A DNA stretch of 63,561 nt, filler included, from Octopus bimaculoides (GCF_001194135.2; 7 parts of 6 records of this genome joined end to end with filler, not necessarily neighbours in it); one strand, 5' to 3'. Shown: positions 50,832 through 63,561, counted from the whole stretch's first letter. The notes: generated by a model not told the origin, from the letters alone. Translations and numbers: made by a program.

Positions 50832-51330
50832 ACGAGTCCGCCTGTCAGCCGAGTCTATTGTGCAAATTGCTCAACCACCGTCCCTCAACAGGGAAGGCAA
50901 GGCAGTGTTCATCATACTGGTGGCCATGGTAAAAGAATGTGTGCGGTGGACCCGAGTGAAAGAATTAGAGACGAAAACTTACCTCTCTGGCCAATCGCTC
51001 TTTCAACTTTTTCAAGTTTCACTTGAAAAAGAAGGTGAGAATAGAGAGACAGTTTTTGTCTCGTGAAAGTTTCATTAAAAGGTGGGTGAATGTAGCAAAG
51101 ATGGTGCGTGCGAGTGACGATACCTCTTTGAGCATGATCCTATAAATCGAAAACAAAAAATTTTTAAAAACAAAAGAGAGAGAGAGAGAACACTTCGCTC
51201 TCATGTGTCTATTCCCTGCTGAGGTTACCATGGTCTTTTCCGTAGGCTTTTCTCTCCATGGATAAACCTAATGTTACCCCATTTTACACAATTGACATTC
51301 TCTGTGATATACGATACCCCCATTTTTTTT
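50832..51330 (+). mobile_element. Tx1/L1-clade LINE 3' end
   Basis: VAMVKECVRWTR.K...LSGQSL(fs)FNFFKFHLKKKVRIER..LSRESFIKRWVNVAKM...SMIL*, stop about 51145; recalled resemblance to Tx1-type ORF2 C-termini. Confidence 0.6.
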
Positions 51331-51449
51331 TTTGCCCCTACTGATCCCTTTTGATCGGATTTTTTTTTTCTTAAAGAAAAGCTCTACAGTTGTATTTGTC
51401 CCCTCTGTGTGCAGCCCTGTGTGTCTAATAAAAGAAAGTTATCTATCAA

Positions 51450-51507
<58 letters not shown>

Positions 51508-52039
51508 CCTATCTATCAATCAATATAACTACATTCTATATATTACATATACACACTCACACATATACACACATATATATGTTTATACAGCTAGATAGAC
51601 AGACAGGCAGACAGACAGGCAGACAGACAGGCAGACAGACAGAGAGTGATACATGTAAGTGTTTTTGTGAGTGGGCGTTAAAGTAAATATACAACTGTCT
51701 TCTTATCAGTCATTTGTTCAGCTTGAGAAAAATATTGTTCCACAGATCTTTAACGTTCCCAGATTTCAGTCTTATTACGAAATCAAATGAGAAGGGTGAT
51801 GTAGTGACAATGCATTTTGAATTCATCGCCACTGGATGAATTCAATACGTTATTTCACATGTGCCATATTTGTGACCTGATTTTTAGTTTTGCATTTCTC
51901 ATTTTTTTCCCTAATAAATTCTCTATTCCCCGTTAGACTTACTAAATTTCGTATGTGTGCGAGTGAAATTCAGTATAGGATAACAATGTTGACACTTGTT
52001 ACCTCTCTTGATTATATTATTTTCCTGCTGGTATGTATG

Positions 52040-52378
52040 TATAGCGTGGCTACGTGGGAAAGAACTTGCTTCCCAACAACATAGTTCCGGGTTCAGTCCT
52101 ACAGTGTGTAATCTTGAGCAACAATCATCTACTATAGCCTGGGACCAATCAAATCCTTTTGAAAGAATCTTTGTACTTGTGTTTGTACCCCATCACCGCT
52201 TGACAACCAGTGTTTGTGTATTTCCGTTTCCTGTTACCTAGCGGATCGGAAAAAAAGATTGTTAGAATATTTACAAGGCTTAATAGAATAAGACCTGGCG
52301 TAGAATTATGAGACTAAAAGTTTTCAAGGCGGTGCCCCAAAATGGCCATAGTCAATTGACTGAAACGAGTAAAGGTAC
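52040..52378 (+). mobile_element. SINE family A, internally deleted
   Basis: GGTTCAGTCCT...CGCTTGACAACC...GGCGGTGCCCC...GACTGAAACGAGTAAA. Confidence 0.75.
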
Positions 52379-52384
52379 ATACAT

Positions 52385-52475
<91 letters not shown>

Positions 52476-53469
52476 GGGTAAAATTCATTACTGATCTTAC
52501 CAAGAGGTTAGTGGGGAAATAAAATCTTCATAGGTAAATTTTACAAATATTATAATGATTATATACATAATTATAACAAGGGATTGGCTATGAGCTTCTC
52601 CACGGGCTAGAAAATAAACGCCAAAAGACGCTAATACCCCCTTAAAAACTCCGAAAAATAAAATACGAGTTGTAGTCAGCGAAAGACAGATAATGAATTA
52701 AACTTTTTTAAACGTGTACAAAATCCCATTTCAAGATTAAGGTAAGAAAATGATTATATCAACTACTATCTTCAGTTCATAAGTATCTACACATAAGTTC
52801 ATGAGTATCTACAAATATGCATACCAAGGGGTCAGCGCGGAAATAAAAAAAAATTAAGGTAAATTTTACATATATAATAATTATATACATAGTTATAACA
52901 AGGGATTGGCTATACGCCTTTCCACGCGCTAGGAAATAGATGACAAATGAATCCTTGATAAAATTATCAACGATTTTTACCCTTTATTACAATTACTATT
53001 TGGAAAATTCACTACTTTATCAAAGCTGCATTCACTGCAGAGACGTTTTGATATTCTACACGTGGCTGAAAAGAGAGATGGAAATTCTGCTTTACTGTGT
53101 ATCTCTGCGAGTGTGTATATATATTGCGGTACGAAGTGGCTGCTCGTATACGTATGTGTAGATACTCGTGAAATTATGCATCGGAGTAACGTTGCTGAAG
53201 ATAGCAGTAGGTATATATATTTTTCTAAACTTCAAGCAGGAACTTATAAATTTATATATATATATATTTACAATATCATTTCAGATATCAACATTCAAGA
53301 TGCCAAATATTTGCCCTTAAAAAAATTATCATATAAATATATATATATGTATATATACGTGTGCATGTGTGTGTGGGGGTGCATTTGTGAATGTGTGTGT
53401 GTGTATAGATAGATAGAAACATAAGTGTATCTATGTGTGCCTGTACGTGTGTGTGTGTGTGTTTGAATG

Positions 53470-53790
53470 TGTGGTTGTGTAGTAAGACCGTTTATGTCTC
53501 AACCTTATGGTTCTGAGCACAACCTCACTGCGTAGAACCTTGGACAAATGTGTGTTTATGTGTCAGAGTGTGTAGATGCGCATATGCTTTTTGCGTGAAT
53601 GTTATTGTTCTCAGGAGCGTCTGACAACCGGTGCTGGTGCGTTTACATTCTTGAAACATACTGGATCGAGAAAAGAACCCGTTATCATTTGGTCATTGGT
53701 TTAGAAAAAGAGTTCTGGGGTCGATTCGCTGAAATTAAAACTATTCAGCACGGTGCCCCAGCATGGCCACAGTCTAAGAGCTAAGAGAAG
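53470..53790 (+). mobile_element. SINE family A, degenerate
   Basis: CCTCACTGCGTAGAACCTTGGACAA...TGACAACCGGTGCTGG...CGGTGCCCCAGCATGGCCACAGTC. Confidence 0.6.
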
Positions 53791-55195
53791 CAAAAAATAA
53801 AATGTATAATATAGTTTTTGTATTCTCCACTATACATAAACACTGATATCACTCACCATTCGAATATATTCGAATATGATGTTTTAACTTTGTGTCACCT
53901 TTTAGTTTCATAAATACATTTCTCTCTTTTTAACCAGGAGTTTGTTGTATCCAATGGTTGTCACTCTTGTAACTCCTCTAAATTCCAAACATGGCCACAT
54001 AGTAAATGATTGAGAATTGCATGTTCAGAGGAAGATTGCCAATTTATCTAGGTAGATCAGCAGTACTTACATCCACTTAGTTAACATTTCTACTTACTAA
54101 TTACGCTCACAGTTGAACACCATTTTCCCCGGATATTACTGGTTTCTCAATCAACTAATGTTACCGATTCAATTATCGAATCTAGGTGAGATTAAATTGA
54201 TTATTGGCTCAAATCATTTTGAAATGACATCACAGAAGAATATCGCAAACCAATATTAAGCATGTGTCTTCAATAGATTTTTACCATTTCTCTGATCTTG
54301 TTATTTTTATGTCAACGAAGAAAACGTTTCGCGGCTGCTCCATTGATTTTCATAAAACAATAGACAATTCCGATTACCACCACGAACATGTAAGAACAAA
54401 GATAATACAATCCGGGAAATAGGGAGAAATATGTTTGATGGTCACGGTTGGAAATTTTTAAATTATTAGTTTGCACTTTCATGTACCGTTTGGCGTAAAA
54501 CAAACGCAATAACAAACAAGTATATTTCTTATCTGAAATATTTTTTCCTGATAATCTTTGTAGCTTAGAGACAAGCAAATGAAATATACGTTAAACAATG
54601 AGTAATTAAGAACACAACAGCAATTATAGCAAAGGCATCTTCTTCATTAACTACTAGCTACAGCTTAATTATTTCTCCAGGGTATATTGGTATTTACTTC
54701 TCAATCTAACTTTAGAAATAGAAGATCTAAATTGCAAGAAATAATGGACTGAATAGAAGAACTACACTGGCGCGTTACAACTGAATTAACTCAGACGCCC
54801 GCAAGGAAAATAAATCAGTTCCTCTATTCCGTTAGAAGAAGGATTATGCGTTAAAATCTAACATTCTTGAACTTCCTTTGATTTGGTTTAAACATAAATT
54901 GATTTCCATAACCTTGTACCCTAAGATGTAATCCGTTCAATCATTATATCCATGTCATCCGGCAGCAATACCAGACATGAAATCCGATTGGAGTCCGTCT
55001 AGAAAGTGATATTTCCATGCGTTTACGCATGGATGGCTTTACGTCTCTTCAATCCAATTGCATATGCTTCAGCAAAACATATCTTATATGACTTGCAGAG
55101 AGCTTACTTTTAATCAGTTTGGAATATTAACATCTATAGACACGCGGGTTTATTTTTCTGCTCATCATTCTTTAAAGATTTCCCTGACATTCAAG

Positions 55196-55270
<75 letters not shown>

Positions 55271-55784
55271 TCCGGCATAAGTGTGTTTATTCGTTTTTTT
55301 ATTTAACGTTTCATACCATTGCTATTGCAGTCTAGAATGGGTCCAGCTTCAGAAGAATCAGAGCTACAAAACAAAAAAAAAAAGAAAACTTATTTTATAG
55401 TATTCAGTTTCATTCCAGCTTTCCAGTTATAGCATGATTAAAAACAAAATTTCAGAAACATTTTGTGAAAAGATTCTTCAATTATAAAAAGTCTTTATCA
55501 CTACTATTTATAGATAGATGGGCATAAATTTCATATATTAGTATAAGCGGAGCTATGTGATTTATGGAAGTATGAAAGAACTTCTTCACGTCACCTAGCC
55601 GTACGAATAATATTATAAGGAACCGTGCTGACTGTAAATACCTATAGAAAGTATTATATATTATATCATAGTTGAGATATAAATAATTTTTCTAAATTTC
55701 GGCATCTTTGGGCCTACTTAACTCCAAACTGACACCATTCAAAATCTGCTATGGCATGTGAAAGAGAATCATGTATATATATAC

Positions 55785-55830
<46 letters not shown>

Positions 55831-56210
55831 TGGCACTCCATCGTTTACGGTAACAAGGGTCCCATCCGGTCTGATCAACGGAGCAGCTTTCTCCAGAAAT
55901 TAACGTACAGGTGGCTGAGCGCTCCACAGACAAGTGTACCCTCAATGTCGTTCTCGAAGAGATTCAGTGTGACACAGAGTGTGACAAGGTTGGTCCTTTG
56001 AAATATAAGTACCACAGGAACCGGAAGAAAATAGTGAGAGAAAGTTGTGGTGGAAGAGTACATCAAGGTTCGCTACCACCCCCTGTCGGAGCCTAGTGGG
56101 GCTTTAGGTGTTTTCGCTCAATAAACACTCACAACACCCGTCTGGGAATCGAAACCGCGATCCTATGACCGTGAGTCCGCTTCCCTAACCACTGGGCCAT
56201 TGCGCCTCTA
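55831..56210 (-). mobile_element. SINE family C
   Basis: Colinear with 31194-31564. Confidence 0.9.
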
Positions 56211-56279
56211 CTACTTATATATATGTGTCTGTCCATCTCTCCCTCTATCTCTCTCTTTCCCCCCCTCTCTCTCTCTTTC

Positions 56280-57180
56280 TGTCTTAGAAAGAAGCTTGGC
56301 AATTGCGCAAGTCCCTCACTACTAAATATGATGTTGGAAAGGCAATAAATGACATCTCGATTTTGTTCCACAGAGTAGAGTAGCGGTTAGAAATATCATT
56401 TTTCAGCCAAACATCCTGATATAATTTTTTTTTTAACTCGGCCTCAGCTCAATTTCATTTTGAAGTGAAGCCAGTTGTCTTTCCACTATTTTAGTTTTCT
56501 TATGACTAATATTTAAGAATGAATTGATTACCCGAACTGCTAGTTTACGCAAAAACAAAAATAATAGAATCCTGAAATCTGTCAGATATGTCTCTGTGCA
56601 GCTCATCCAGGTGTAAACAATATGCTTGAATGTTATCTTCTGGTATGTTCTCTTTCTTCAATTCAGAGAGGCTCGCAAACTGGAAAAACTCAAGACGGTT
56701 TATGAAATGGAGAAAGTCTTCTTAGGCAGGTTCCCTTTGACAGCCGTCGAACTTCTCTGTGCAATGACAAACGTTCAAAATCGTTGTCCTTCTCAGTGTA
56801 CAGCTGTTAAAACAATGTGAAACAGAGCCTGTGTCTTGATTTTATTCACTGATAAGAGTGCTCAACAATTTATTAAGTATACCATTTTGGTCATTTGCAA
56901 CCAGTTGTTGCCTGTGGATTACACACTGCACTGTAAACACACTAGATAACACTTTTTTTCAATAAATTGATAAAGAAGTGAGAACAACCTGACATCTATC
57001 TATTGCACACAAACAAGAATGTTGGTAAGTGGGATGTCTCTTTTTCTATCTCTCTCAGAAAAATACCTCTTTTAACAACACTGACACATCTTTTTGTGTC
57101 GGTTTCTAGTTGCCTTACAAATAATACCGCTTTATTCAAATTTTCATTACAAAGGGGATCCATCAAACTGAGCTATATTT
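56280..57180 (-). mobile_element. hAT (Charlie/Buster, ZBED8/SCAND3-like) transposase remnant, internally deleted
   Basis: Minus frames: LFVRQLETDTK; IPLTNIL; VQCVIHRQQL; DFERLSLHREVRRLSKG (EVRWLSKG-like); YCLHLDELHRD; LQNEIEL; FIAFPTSYLV. Confidence 0.85.
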
Positions 57181-59514
57181 TGTTGTTCTAACCATTTTTC
57201 GCAATATATTTTCAAAATTATAGCATTCCACATTTCGAAAAACATCCAATACGCATCTTTAAAAAGAATATTTCATACTTCCACCCTGACGTTTTAATTT
57301 TCATAATCAAAATACGGAAAGAAAGTAACAGAGAAATTCCCAATTATGTATATCTTCCCGAAATCTTTTTCTATAAAAACTACAGATTACAATTTTTTCA
57401 AGCGTGAAATGCTACAGCCTGACGAAAAATAACACAACAGAAAAACAAATTAGTTGTGACTTGTGTTCCGATAGTACGATGAGGAAATGGGCAGTCACTT
57501 GAGGAAAATAATAAAAAAAGAAACAAGGATGAAAAAATTGCATGCTTAACAAAATCTAGCCGCGATTGTTTTTTTAAATGCAAGTTACTATAAAATGTGA
57601 AGAAATCTAGGAAAAAAAATGGAAACTTGAGAATTTTGTAAGACAGCTATTCTAAAAGTCTGACAAATACATAATCAAATGTAATTTTAAAAAATGCTTA
57701 ATGATAGTATTTCTAAAGCATACATTTGTCAAATCTGTGTGAAAATGCAGAGAAACAAAGAAAAACATTGGGTGAGTTAATGAGTGCCAATTACAATCCC
57801 ATTAATGTGACGTTGCGTACTTTGGATACTCCACTAATTCTCAAAAAAATCATTACAGCAATTTATAATTATGACAGCATTGTTATTTTAATCAATGTAT
57901 GAGCGTATTAGGTCAGGTCAATACTGAAGGCAAATGCGAGAAAACAAGCACAAAAAATGTTCTCATATTCAAAATTTACGAAATTCGAAAAGTCATCGAA
58001 AGCCAGCTTAAGTGATTATAACTGATACAAACGGTACACTTATCAGTGATGCGTTAAGATAAATGTAAACTTCTTTACTTATAACTAAAGGTTAAATACA
58101 AATTATGGAAGTTATGAAGAAGTTCTTACTCTTACCCAAGAGTTAGAAGCCCAAAGGGAACACTTGTAGTAAATACGTTGTTGCTGTTGAAACCCAAATG
58201 ATTTGTCTAGTGAAAGTAGCTAGTATCACTCTCTCTCTCTCTCTCTCTCTATCTCATTCTCTCTCTATCTTTCTCTCTCTCTTTCTCCCTCCCTCTCTCT
58301 ATCTTTATCTCCACTGACGATTATATGTTACGATTCTGTACTACTTGAGTTTTCATCACTAGCTTCTGATTAACACACGCTGGGGACGGGTAAACAACCA
58401 GAAAATTGAGTTCGTGTGGACCACGTAAGGCTCCAGATGGGAGCGATGAGCTCCCCTCACAAATACTAATCAGACACAGAATGATTGTCGTTAGCCAGCT
58501 TTCTGAGACTATAAACGTCCGTAGCAGTGTCCTGTATAGGACGCCACACTTGATTGAAAATTATNNNNNNNNNNNNNNNNNNNNNNNNNNNNNNNNNNNN
58601 NNNNNNNNNNNNNNNNNNNNNNNNNNNNNNNNNNNNNNNNNNNNNNNNNNNNNNNNNNNNNNNNNNNNNNNNNNNNNNNNNNNNNNNNNNNNNNNNNNNN
58701 NNNNNNNNNNNNNNNNNNNNNNNNNNNNNNNNNNNNNNNNNNNNNNNNNNNNNNNNNNNNNNNNNNNNNNNNNNNNNNNNNNNNNNNNNNNNNNNNNNNN
58801 NNNNNNNNNNNNNNNNNNNNNNNNNNNNNNNNNNNNNNNNNNNNNNNNNNNNNNNNNNNNNNNNNNNNNNNNNNNNNNNNNNNNNNNNNNNNNNNNNNNN
58901 NNNNNNNNNNNNNNNNNNNNNNNNNNNNNNNNNNNNNNNNNNNNNNNNNNNNNNNNNNNNNNNNNNNNNNNNNNNNNNNNNNNNNNNNNNNNNNNNNNNN
59001 NNNNNNNNNNNNNNNNNNNNNNNNNNNNNNNNNNNNNNNNNNNNNNNNNNNNNNNNNNNNNNNNNNNNNNNNNNNNNNNNNNNNNNNNNNNNNNNNNNNN
59101 NNNNNNNNNNNNNNNNNNNNNNNNNNNNNNNNNNNNNNNNNNNNNNNNNNNNNNNNNNNNNNNNNNNNNNNNNNNNNNNNNNNNNNNNNNNNNNNNNNNN
59201 NNNNNNNNNNNNNNNNNNNNNNNNNNNNNNNNNNNNNNNNNNNNNNNNNNNNNNNNNNNNNNNNNNNNNNNNNNNNNNNNNNNNNNNNNNNNNNNNNNNN
59301 NNNNNNNNNNNNNNNNNNNNNNNNNNNNNNNNNNNNNNNNNNNNNNNNNNNNNNNNNNNNNNNNNNNNNNNNNNNNNNNNNNNNNNNNNNNNNNNNNNNN
59401 NNNNNNNNNNNNNNNNNNNNNNNNNNNNNNNNNNNNNNNNNNNNNNNNNNNNNNNNNNNNNNNNNNNNNNNNNNNNNNNNNNNNNNNNNNNNNNNNNNNN
59501 NNNNNNNNNNNNAT

Positions 59515-60285
59515 GGAAAAACGGAGGAAGAGAAAATCGGCACCGATGCCCATGAGGTTACATTGTGGAAGGACCGGAAGAGGAGGTGGTGGAGGAAAAG
59601 TTCTTTCTAAGAGAGGAGAGTGAAAAAGGGAGGTGAATATCTGTGCGTGCGCGACAGTCTGCAAGTGTGTGTGTAATAACAGAACGTGTGTGTGCGTATG
59701 TATGTGTGTGTGCGTGTGTGTGTGCATGCGTGACATAGTGGAAGGAATTAGTAGCAGGAATAGTTAGTGGGTGCTTATGGACAATGGTCAGTGGAAGGTC
59801 AGTGTAAGTGCATGCATGCGTGTCGTGTGTGTGTGGTGTGTTGGGGGTCGGTGTGCATACATGTGTGTGTATGGGTGCGTGTATTTTTTGTGTGTGGGTA
59901 TGTGTGCGTGTAGGAAGGGATGAAATAAATTGTGGAAAATTGTAGTGATTGTAATAAAAAAGTGAATAATGGATATAATGTAAAGTGGATGAGGGGGGTG
60001 GGGTAAAAAAAAAATAATAATATATAAATAATAAATAAAGAAAAATGTAGCATTGTCGTAAAGGGGAGAGTCGTAAGGATGAGGTGGCTGTGTTGAGTCC
60101 GACGGGGAAAGATGATCTAAGGTTAAGAATATAGCGCTGTTCCAAGTGGAGTCGCGAGGGAGTGGACCCATGGTGCAGGGCGAGGCCAAAAACGGAGATG
60201 TTACAGGGGGAGTGGTTGGCCAAGTGGAAGTGACGGGCGACGGGGGAGTCGGAACCTAGCCGAACGTCCCTTAAGTGTTCGGTGA
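59515..60285 (-). mobile_element. Penelope-like element: GIY-YIG endonuclease C-terminus and 3' region
   Basis: FTEHLRDVRLGSDSPVARHFHLANHS...RLHLEQRYILNLRSSFPVGLN fits the PLE EH..D...PVA.HF...H....R...E...I..L....P.GLN pattern; cut by gaps. Confidence 0.8.
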
Positions 60286-60467
60286 ANNNNNNNNNNNNNN
60301 NNNNNNNNNNNNNNNNNNNNNNNNNNNNNNTTAATTAATTAANNNNNNNNNNNNNNNNNNNNNNNNNNNNNNNNNNNNNNNNNNNNACATGTGAGAAAAG
60401 AGACACATGTTAAGACTCTATCACACATATTGATGCACTCTGTCAATCTGCCTATCTTTTCTACTTA

Positions 60468-60516
<49 letters not shown>

Positions 60517-60799
60517 NNNNNNNNNNNNNNNNNNNNNNNNNNNNNNNNNNNNNNNNNNNNNNNNNNNNNNNNNNNNNNNNNNNNNNNNNNNNNNNNNNNN
60601 NNNNNNNNNNNNNNNNNNNNNNNNNNNNNNNNNNNNNNNNNNNNNNNNNNNNNNNNNNNNNNNNNNNNNNNNNNNNNNNNNNNNNNNNNNNNNNNNNNNN
60701 NNNNNNNNNNNNNNNNNNNNNNNNNNNNNNNNNNNNNNNNNNNNNNNNNNNNNNNNNNNNNNNNNNNNNNNNNNNNNNNNNNNNNNNNNNNNNNNNNNA

Positions 60800-60970
60800 T
60801 ACGTATATACGACGGGCTTCTTTCAGTTTCCGTCTACCAAATCCACTCACAAGGCTTTGGTCGGCCCGAGGTTATAGTAGAAGACACTTGCCCAAGGTGC
60901 CACGCAGTGGGAATGAACCCAGAACCATGTGGTTGGTAAGCAAGCTACTTACCACACAGCCACTCCTGCG
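60800..60970 (-). mobile_element. SINE family A, 5' half next to a gap
   Basis: Near-exact reverse complement of 7855-8000. Confidence 0.9.
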
Positions 60971-61492
60971 ATCTATCTATCTATCTATCTATCTATCTAA
61001 CTATCTATCTAGATAGATAGATAGAAAGATATGTATGTATGTATGTACAACAAAATTGAGGTATCTGTACGCATTGTGTTCAAAAAGCTTTATTTTCTCA
61101 GTTTACAGACCCAAACAATACAGAAGATAAACATAATGTTTTACGTCCTTTTGTATATCACGAAATATTCGGACACAAGATCTGCATTACCAGGATATTA
61201 ATAAACCAACTGCATCTTGGGTATGACCTTAAACTGCATTTGGCAGTGGGGTCCTTAGTTGGGAATTCCAGATTTTTGTGGAGTGTTGAACCACTTTGTA
61301 ACCATTGCTGTTCCAGGGCTTACCCTGACCTGGAATTGTAGGACCTGCCAAGGTCCCAGATATGAGTTAAGCTGCATATGTGATGACAATCAGTCAGAGT
61401 GTAGGGATGCAAAAATACTCTTGGTTGGTGCCAGGTTGTGTAGTAGAACCACCAGGAATGTGTGAGGTCCCTCAGATGATCTGGTGCCCTCT

Positions 61493-61880
61493 TTGACACC
61501 CTTCCAGCAATTTCCAGGGCAGTTAATCTCTCCAGCCCAGTGAGCCAATTCACTAAGAAGAAGGTCGCTCTAATGTAAAATCTACATGTTGCTGGTCATT
61601 GCGGCCACTTTACCCATTGACCCACTATGGTCACACCTCCAAGTCTAAACTGCGGGATCAGAATGCACGGACTGATTTAAGACTATTTGACATCCTTCCA
61701 GCAGTTCTCAGGGTAGGTAAAGCTCTCCAGCCCTGTAAGGCTATCCAGTTAGAAGAAGGTCACTCCAAAGTAAAACCTACAGGTTGCAGGGTCACCACAA
61801 TCGCTTTGCCCACTGACCAACTATGGTCAGACCTGCAAGTCTAAACAGAGGAATCGGAATGCATGAACTGATTTTCACTT
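61493..61880 (+). repeat. Diverged tandem duplication, period 194 bp
   Basis: TTGACA.CCTTCCAGCA...CTCTCCAGCCC...AGAAGAAGGTC...CTATGGTCA.ACCT.CAAGTCTAAAC occurs at 61493 and 61687. Confidence 0.8.
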
Positions 61881-62378
61881 TAACAGTACTAAGAGCAGAC
61901 AGGAAGGAAAGCCCTTCGGCACCAAGGATCAGTTTATATAACCCCTTGAGAGAGAGAAGGAGAGATACGCAGAGAGAAAGAAAGGGAGAGATAAATAGTG
62001 AGAAAAGGGGGGAGAGAGAGAGAGAAAGGAAGGGATAGAAAGAGAGGAAGAGAGGAGAATTTGGAGCTATAAAGAGAGAGTAGGAGAGAAAATGGAGAAA
62101 TAGATAGAGATAAATAGAGAGAGAGAGAGAGGCAGAGCAAGAGAGTGAGAAAAAGAGAAAGGGGTAGATAGATAATTAGAGAGCGAGACAGACAGACGGA
62201 GAGAGTGAAGCATAGAGAGAGAGAGAGAGAGACAAAGAAAGAGAGAAAGGGGTGGATAGATAGATAATTAGAGAGAGANNNNNNNNNNNNNNNNNNNNNN
62301 NNNNNNNNNNNNNNNNNNNNNNTTAATTAATTAANNNNNNNNNNNNNNNNNNNNNNNNNNNNNNNNNNNNNNNNNNNN

Positions 62379-62416
<38 letters not shown>

Positions 62417-62534
62417 CCTGTCTACCTAGCCGTTCTCTGTCTAACTACATCTGTCCATCTATCTGTTTAGCTGTCAGTCTGTCTGTCTATCTATGTAACC
62501 ATCAATCTATCTCACCAACTATCTATTTATCTAT

Positions 62535-62720
62535 GGGGGAGAATGTACGAAAAAAAACAACAACAGACGAGGACAGGGGGTGTAAACAACAAAAGGATGT
62601 ATTAGTTTGACGCTCGGGAATACAGAAATTCTTTAACGCTTCGAGCTACGCTCTTCAACAGAAAGAATACGGAGAAAACAAAGAGAAAAACACGGAGAAA
62701 AAAATTGAATGGTGTTTGGT
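62535..62720 (-). mobile_element. Second copy of the hammerhead-like short element
   Basis: Minus strand ATTCTTT-CTGTTGA-A-GAGC-gta-GCTC-GAAGC-GTT-AAAGAAT at 62668-62628. Confidence 0.7.
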
Positions 62721-63240
62721 CAGCGATTATCTATCCATCTCTCTGCCTATCCATTCCTCTGTCTCTCCATTTGTCTATCTCCCTGCCTGCGTGCCCTGCC
62801 TCCCTGTATATCTATGTAACTATATTCATATGTTTGTATGTTTGTAAGGTTCATATGTATGTTTGTAGGTAGTATCTTTCTATCCTTCTTACTGCCTATC
62901 TATTTACCTATCCGTCTGTCTATCAACCTACCTACCTACGGTTCTACTGTACTCCTTTTATTTCAATCAGGCAATTGTGATTTAAGGGATAATGGCTGCT
63001 ATCTTTAAAAAACGAAATCAGCTGACAGAATAGAAATTGATTAATGATTTTTATTTATTTATTTATTTATTTGTTTATTTATTTTATAATTGCAGTGAGA
63101 ATTTTTCCGATTGGTTTCTTGCAGGAGTTCTTGGTCAAGGATAGTAACACTATAACGAAACGCAAAGAAACGGAGTAAAATGTTCGTGACTGCTTCTGCC
63201 TCGGCCATGGGATGTTGCGCTTGTTCCTTTTCTGTGTTAG

Positions 63241-63350
63241 GGGCTGAAAGTGTTGTTATGTGCGTTGCAGTAGGGGTTGGAATAGGGCTTGTACTTGGGG
63301 TTGCTGTAGGAATCGGTATATATTATATGTATAAAAATCAAAAACAGTAA
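63241..63350 (+). CDS. Candidate exon encoding a single-pass glycine-zipper transmembrane helix with a short basic tail
   Basis: Acceptor TTGTTCCTTTTCTGTGTTAG at 63240, phase 1, then AESVVMCVAVGVGIGLVLGVAVGIGIYYMYKNQKQ*. Alternatively a 56-aa ORF from ATG 63180. Confidence 0.4.
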
Positions 63351-63561
63351 AGTCAGCTACTCCACAAAAAGGGATAGGGTGGTGGGCGTACACAAAGTAG
63401 AGATGGCAAGACACAACGAAGGGTCCATACGGATTAGCAAGTGGGTGGGGTGGAGTGCAGGTTGTAGCACCATGGCACCATTACTACGACTACTGTCATT
63501 ACTAGCTACTACTAATATTACAACTAATACTACTAATACTACTACTAGTAGAGATTGGAAT

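Noticed and set aside
51817-51845. 11-bp perfect hairpin TTGAATTCATC/GATGAATTCAA
   Set aside because: About what chance gives in this much AT-rich sequence; no supporting context
54312-54578. 88-aa minus ORF with a hydrophobic C-terminal stretch
   Set aside because: TTG start, no well-placed acceptor before the hydrophobic part, and no recognisable motif
55014-55033. 9-bp inverted repeat TCCATGCGT-TT-ACGCATGGA
   Set aside because: Expected by chance at this window size
56626-56820. Plus-strand exon-like segment with a strong polypyrimidine acceptor (REARKLEKLKT...)
   Set aside because: Explained as the antisense of the hAT transposase remnant

Overview
This is a repeat-saturated eukaryotic (animal) genomic window with about a quarter of its bases in N gaps and very dense microsatellites: (TA)n, (TG)n, (AG)n, (GATA)n, (TATG)n, (TAA)n, (GAT)n. 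The repeat content is what I would expect from an octopus (coleoid cephalopod) draft assembly; that assignment is inference. No complete host gene can be read, and almost all ORFs in the supplied track are microsatellite or gap artefacts. What is recognisable: (i) at least four tRNA-derived SINE types in many copies, some with swapped head and body modules; (ii) decayed LINE fragments of the RTE, R4/Dong-like (restriction-like endonuclease), CR1, Tx1/L1 and Penelope-like groups; (iii) DNA transposon remnants: three Tc1/mariner-superfamily pieces, a Charlie/Buster-type hAT transposase, hAT-like MITEs, and a GG-terminated long-TIR element with an 8-bp TSD; (iv) two weak host-exon candidates, a signal-peptide exon on the minus strand at about 8.8 kb and a transmembrane exon on the plus strand at about 63.2 kb. 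The strongest leads are an R4-like retrotransposon whose three independently truncated copies all abut (CATA)n, which suggests microsatellite target specificity; a short dispersed element carrying a near-complete minimal hammerhead ribozyme fold; and an RTE ORF ending in three tandem C2H2 fingers. Boundaries were estimated by eye and are approximate to roughly 10-20 nt.
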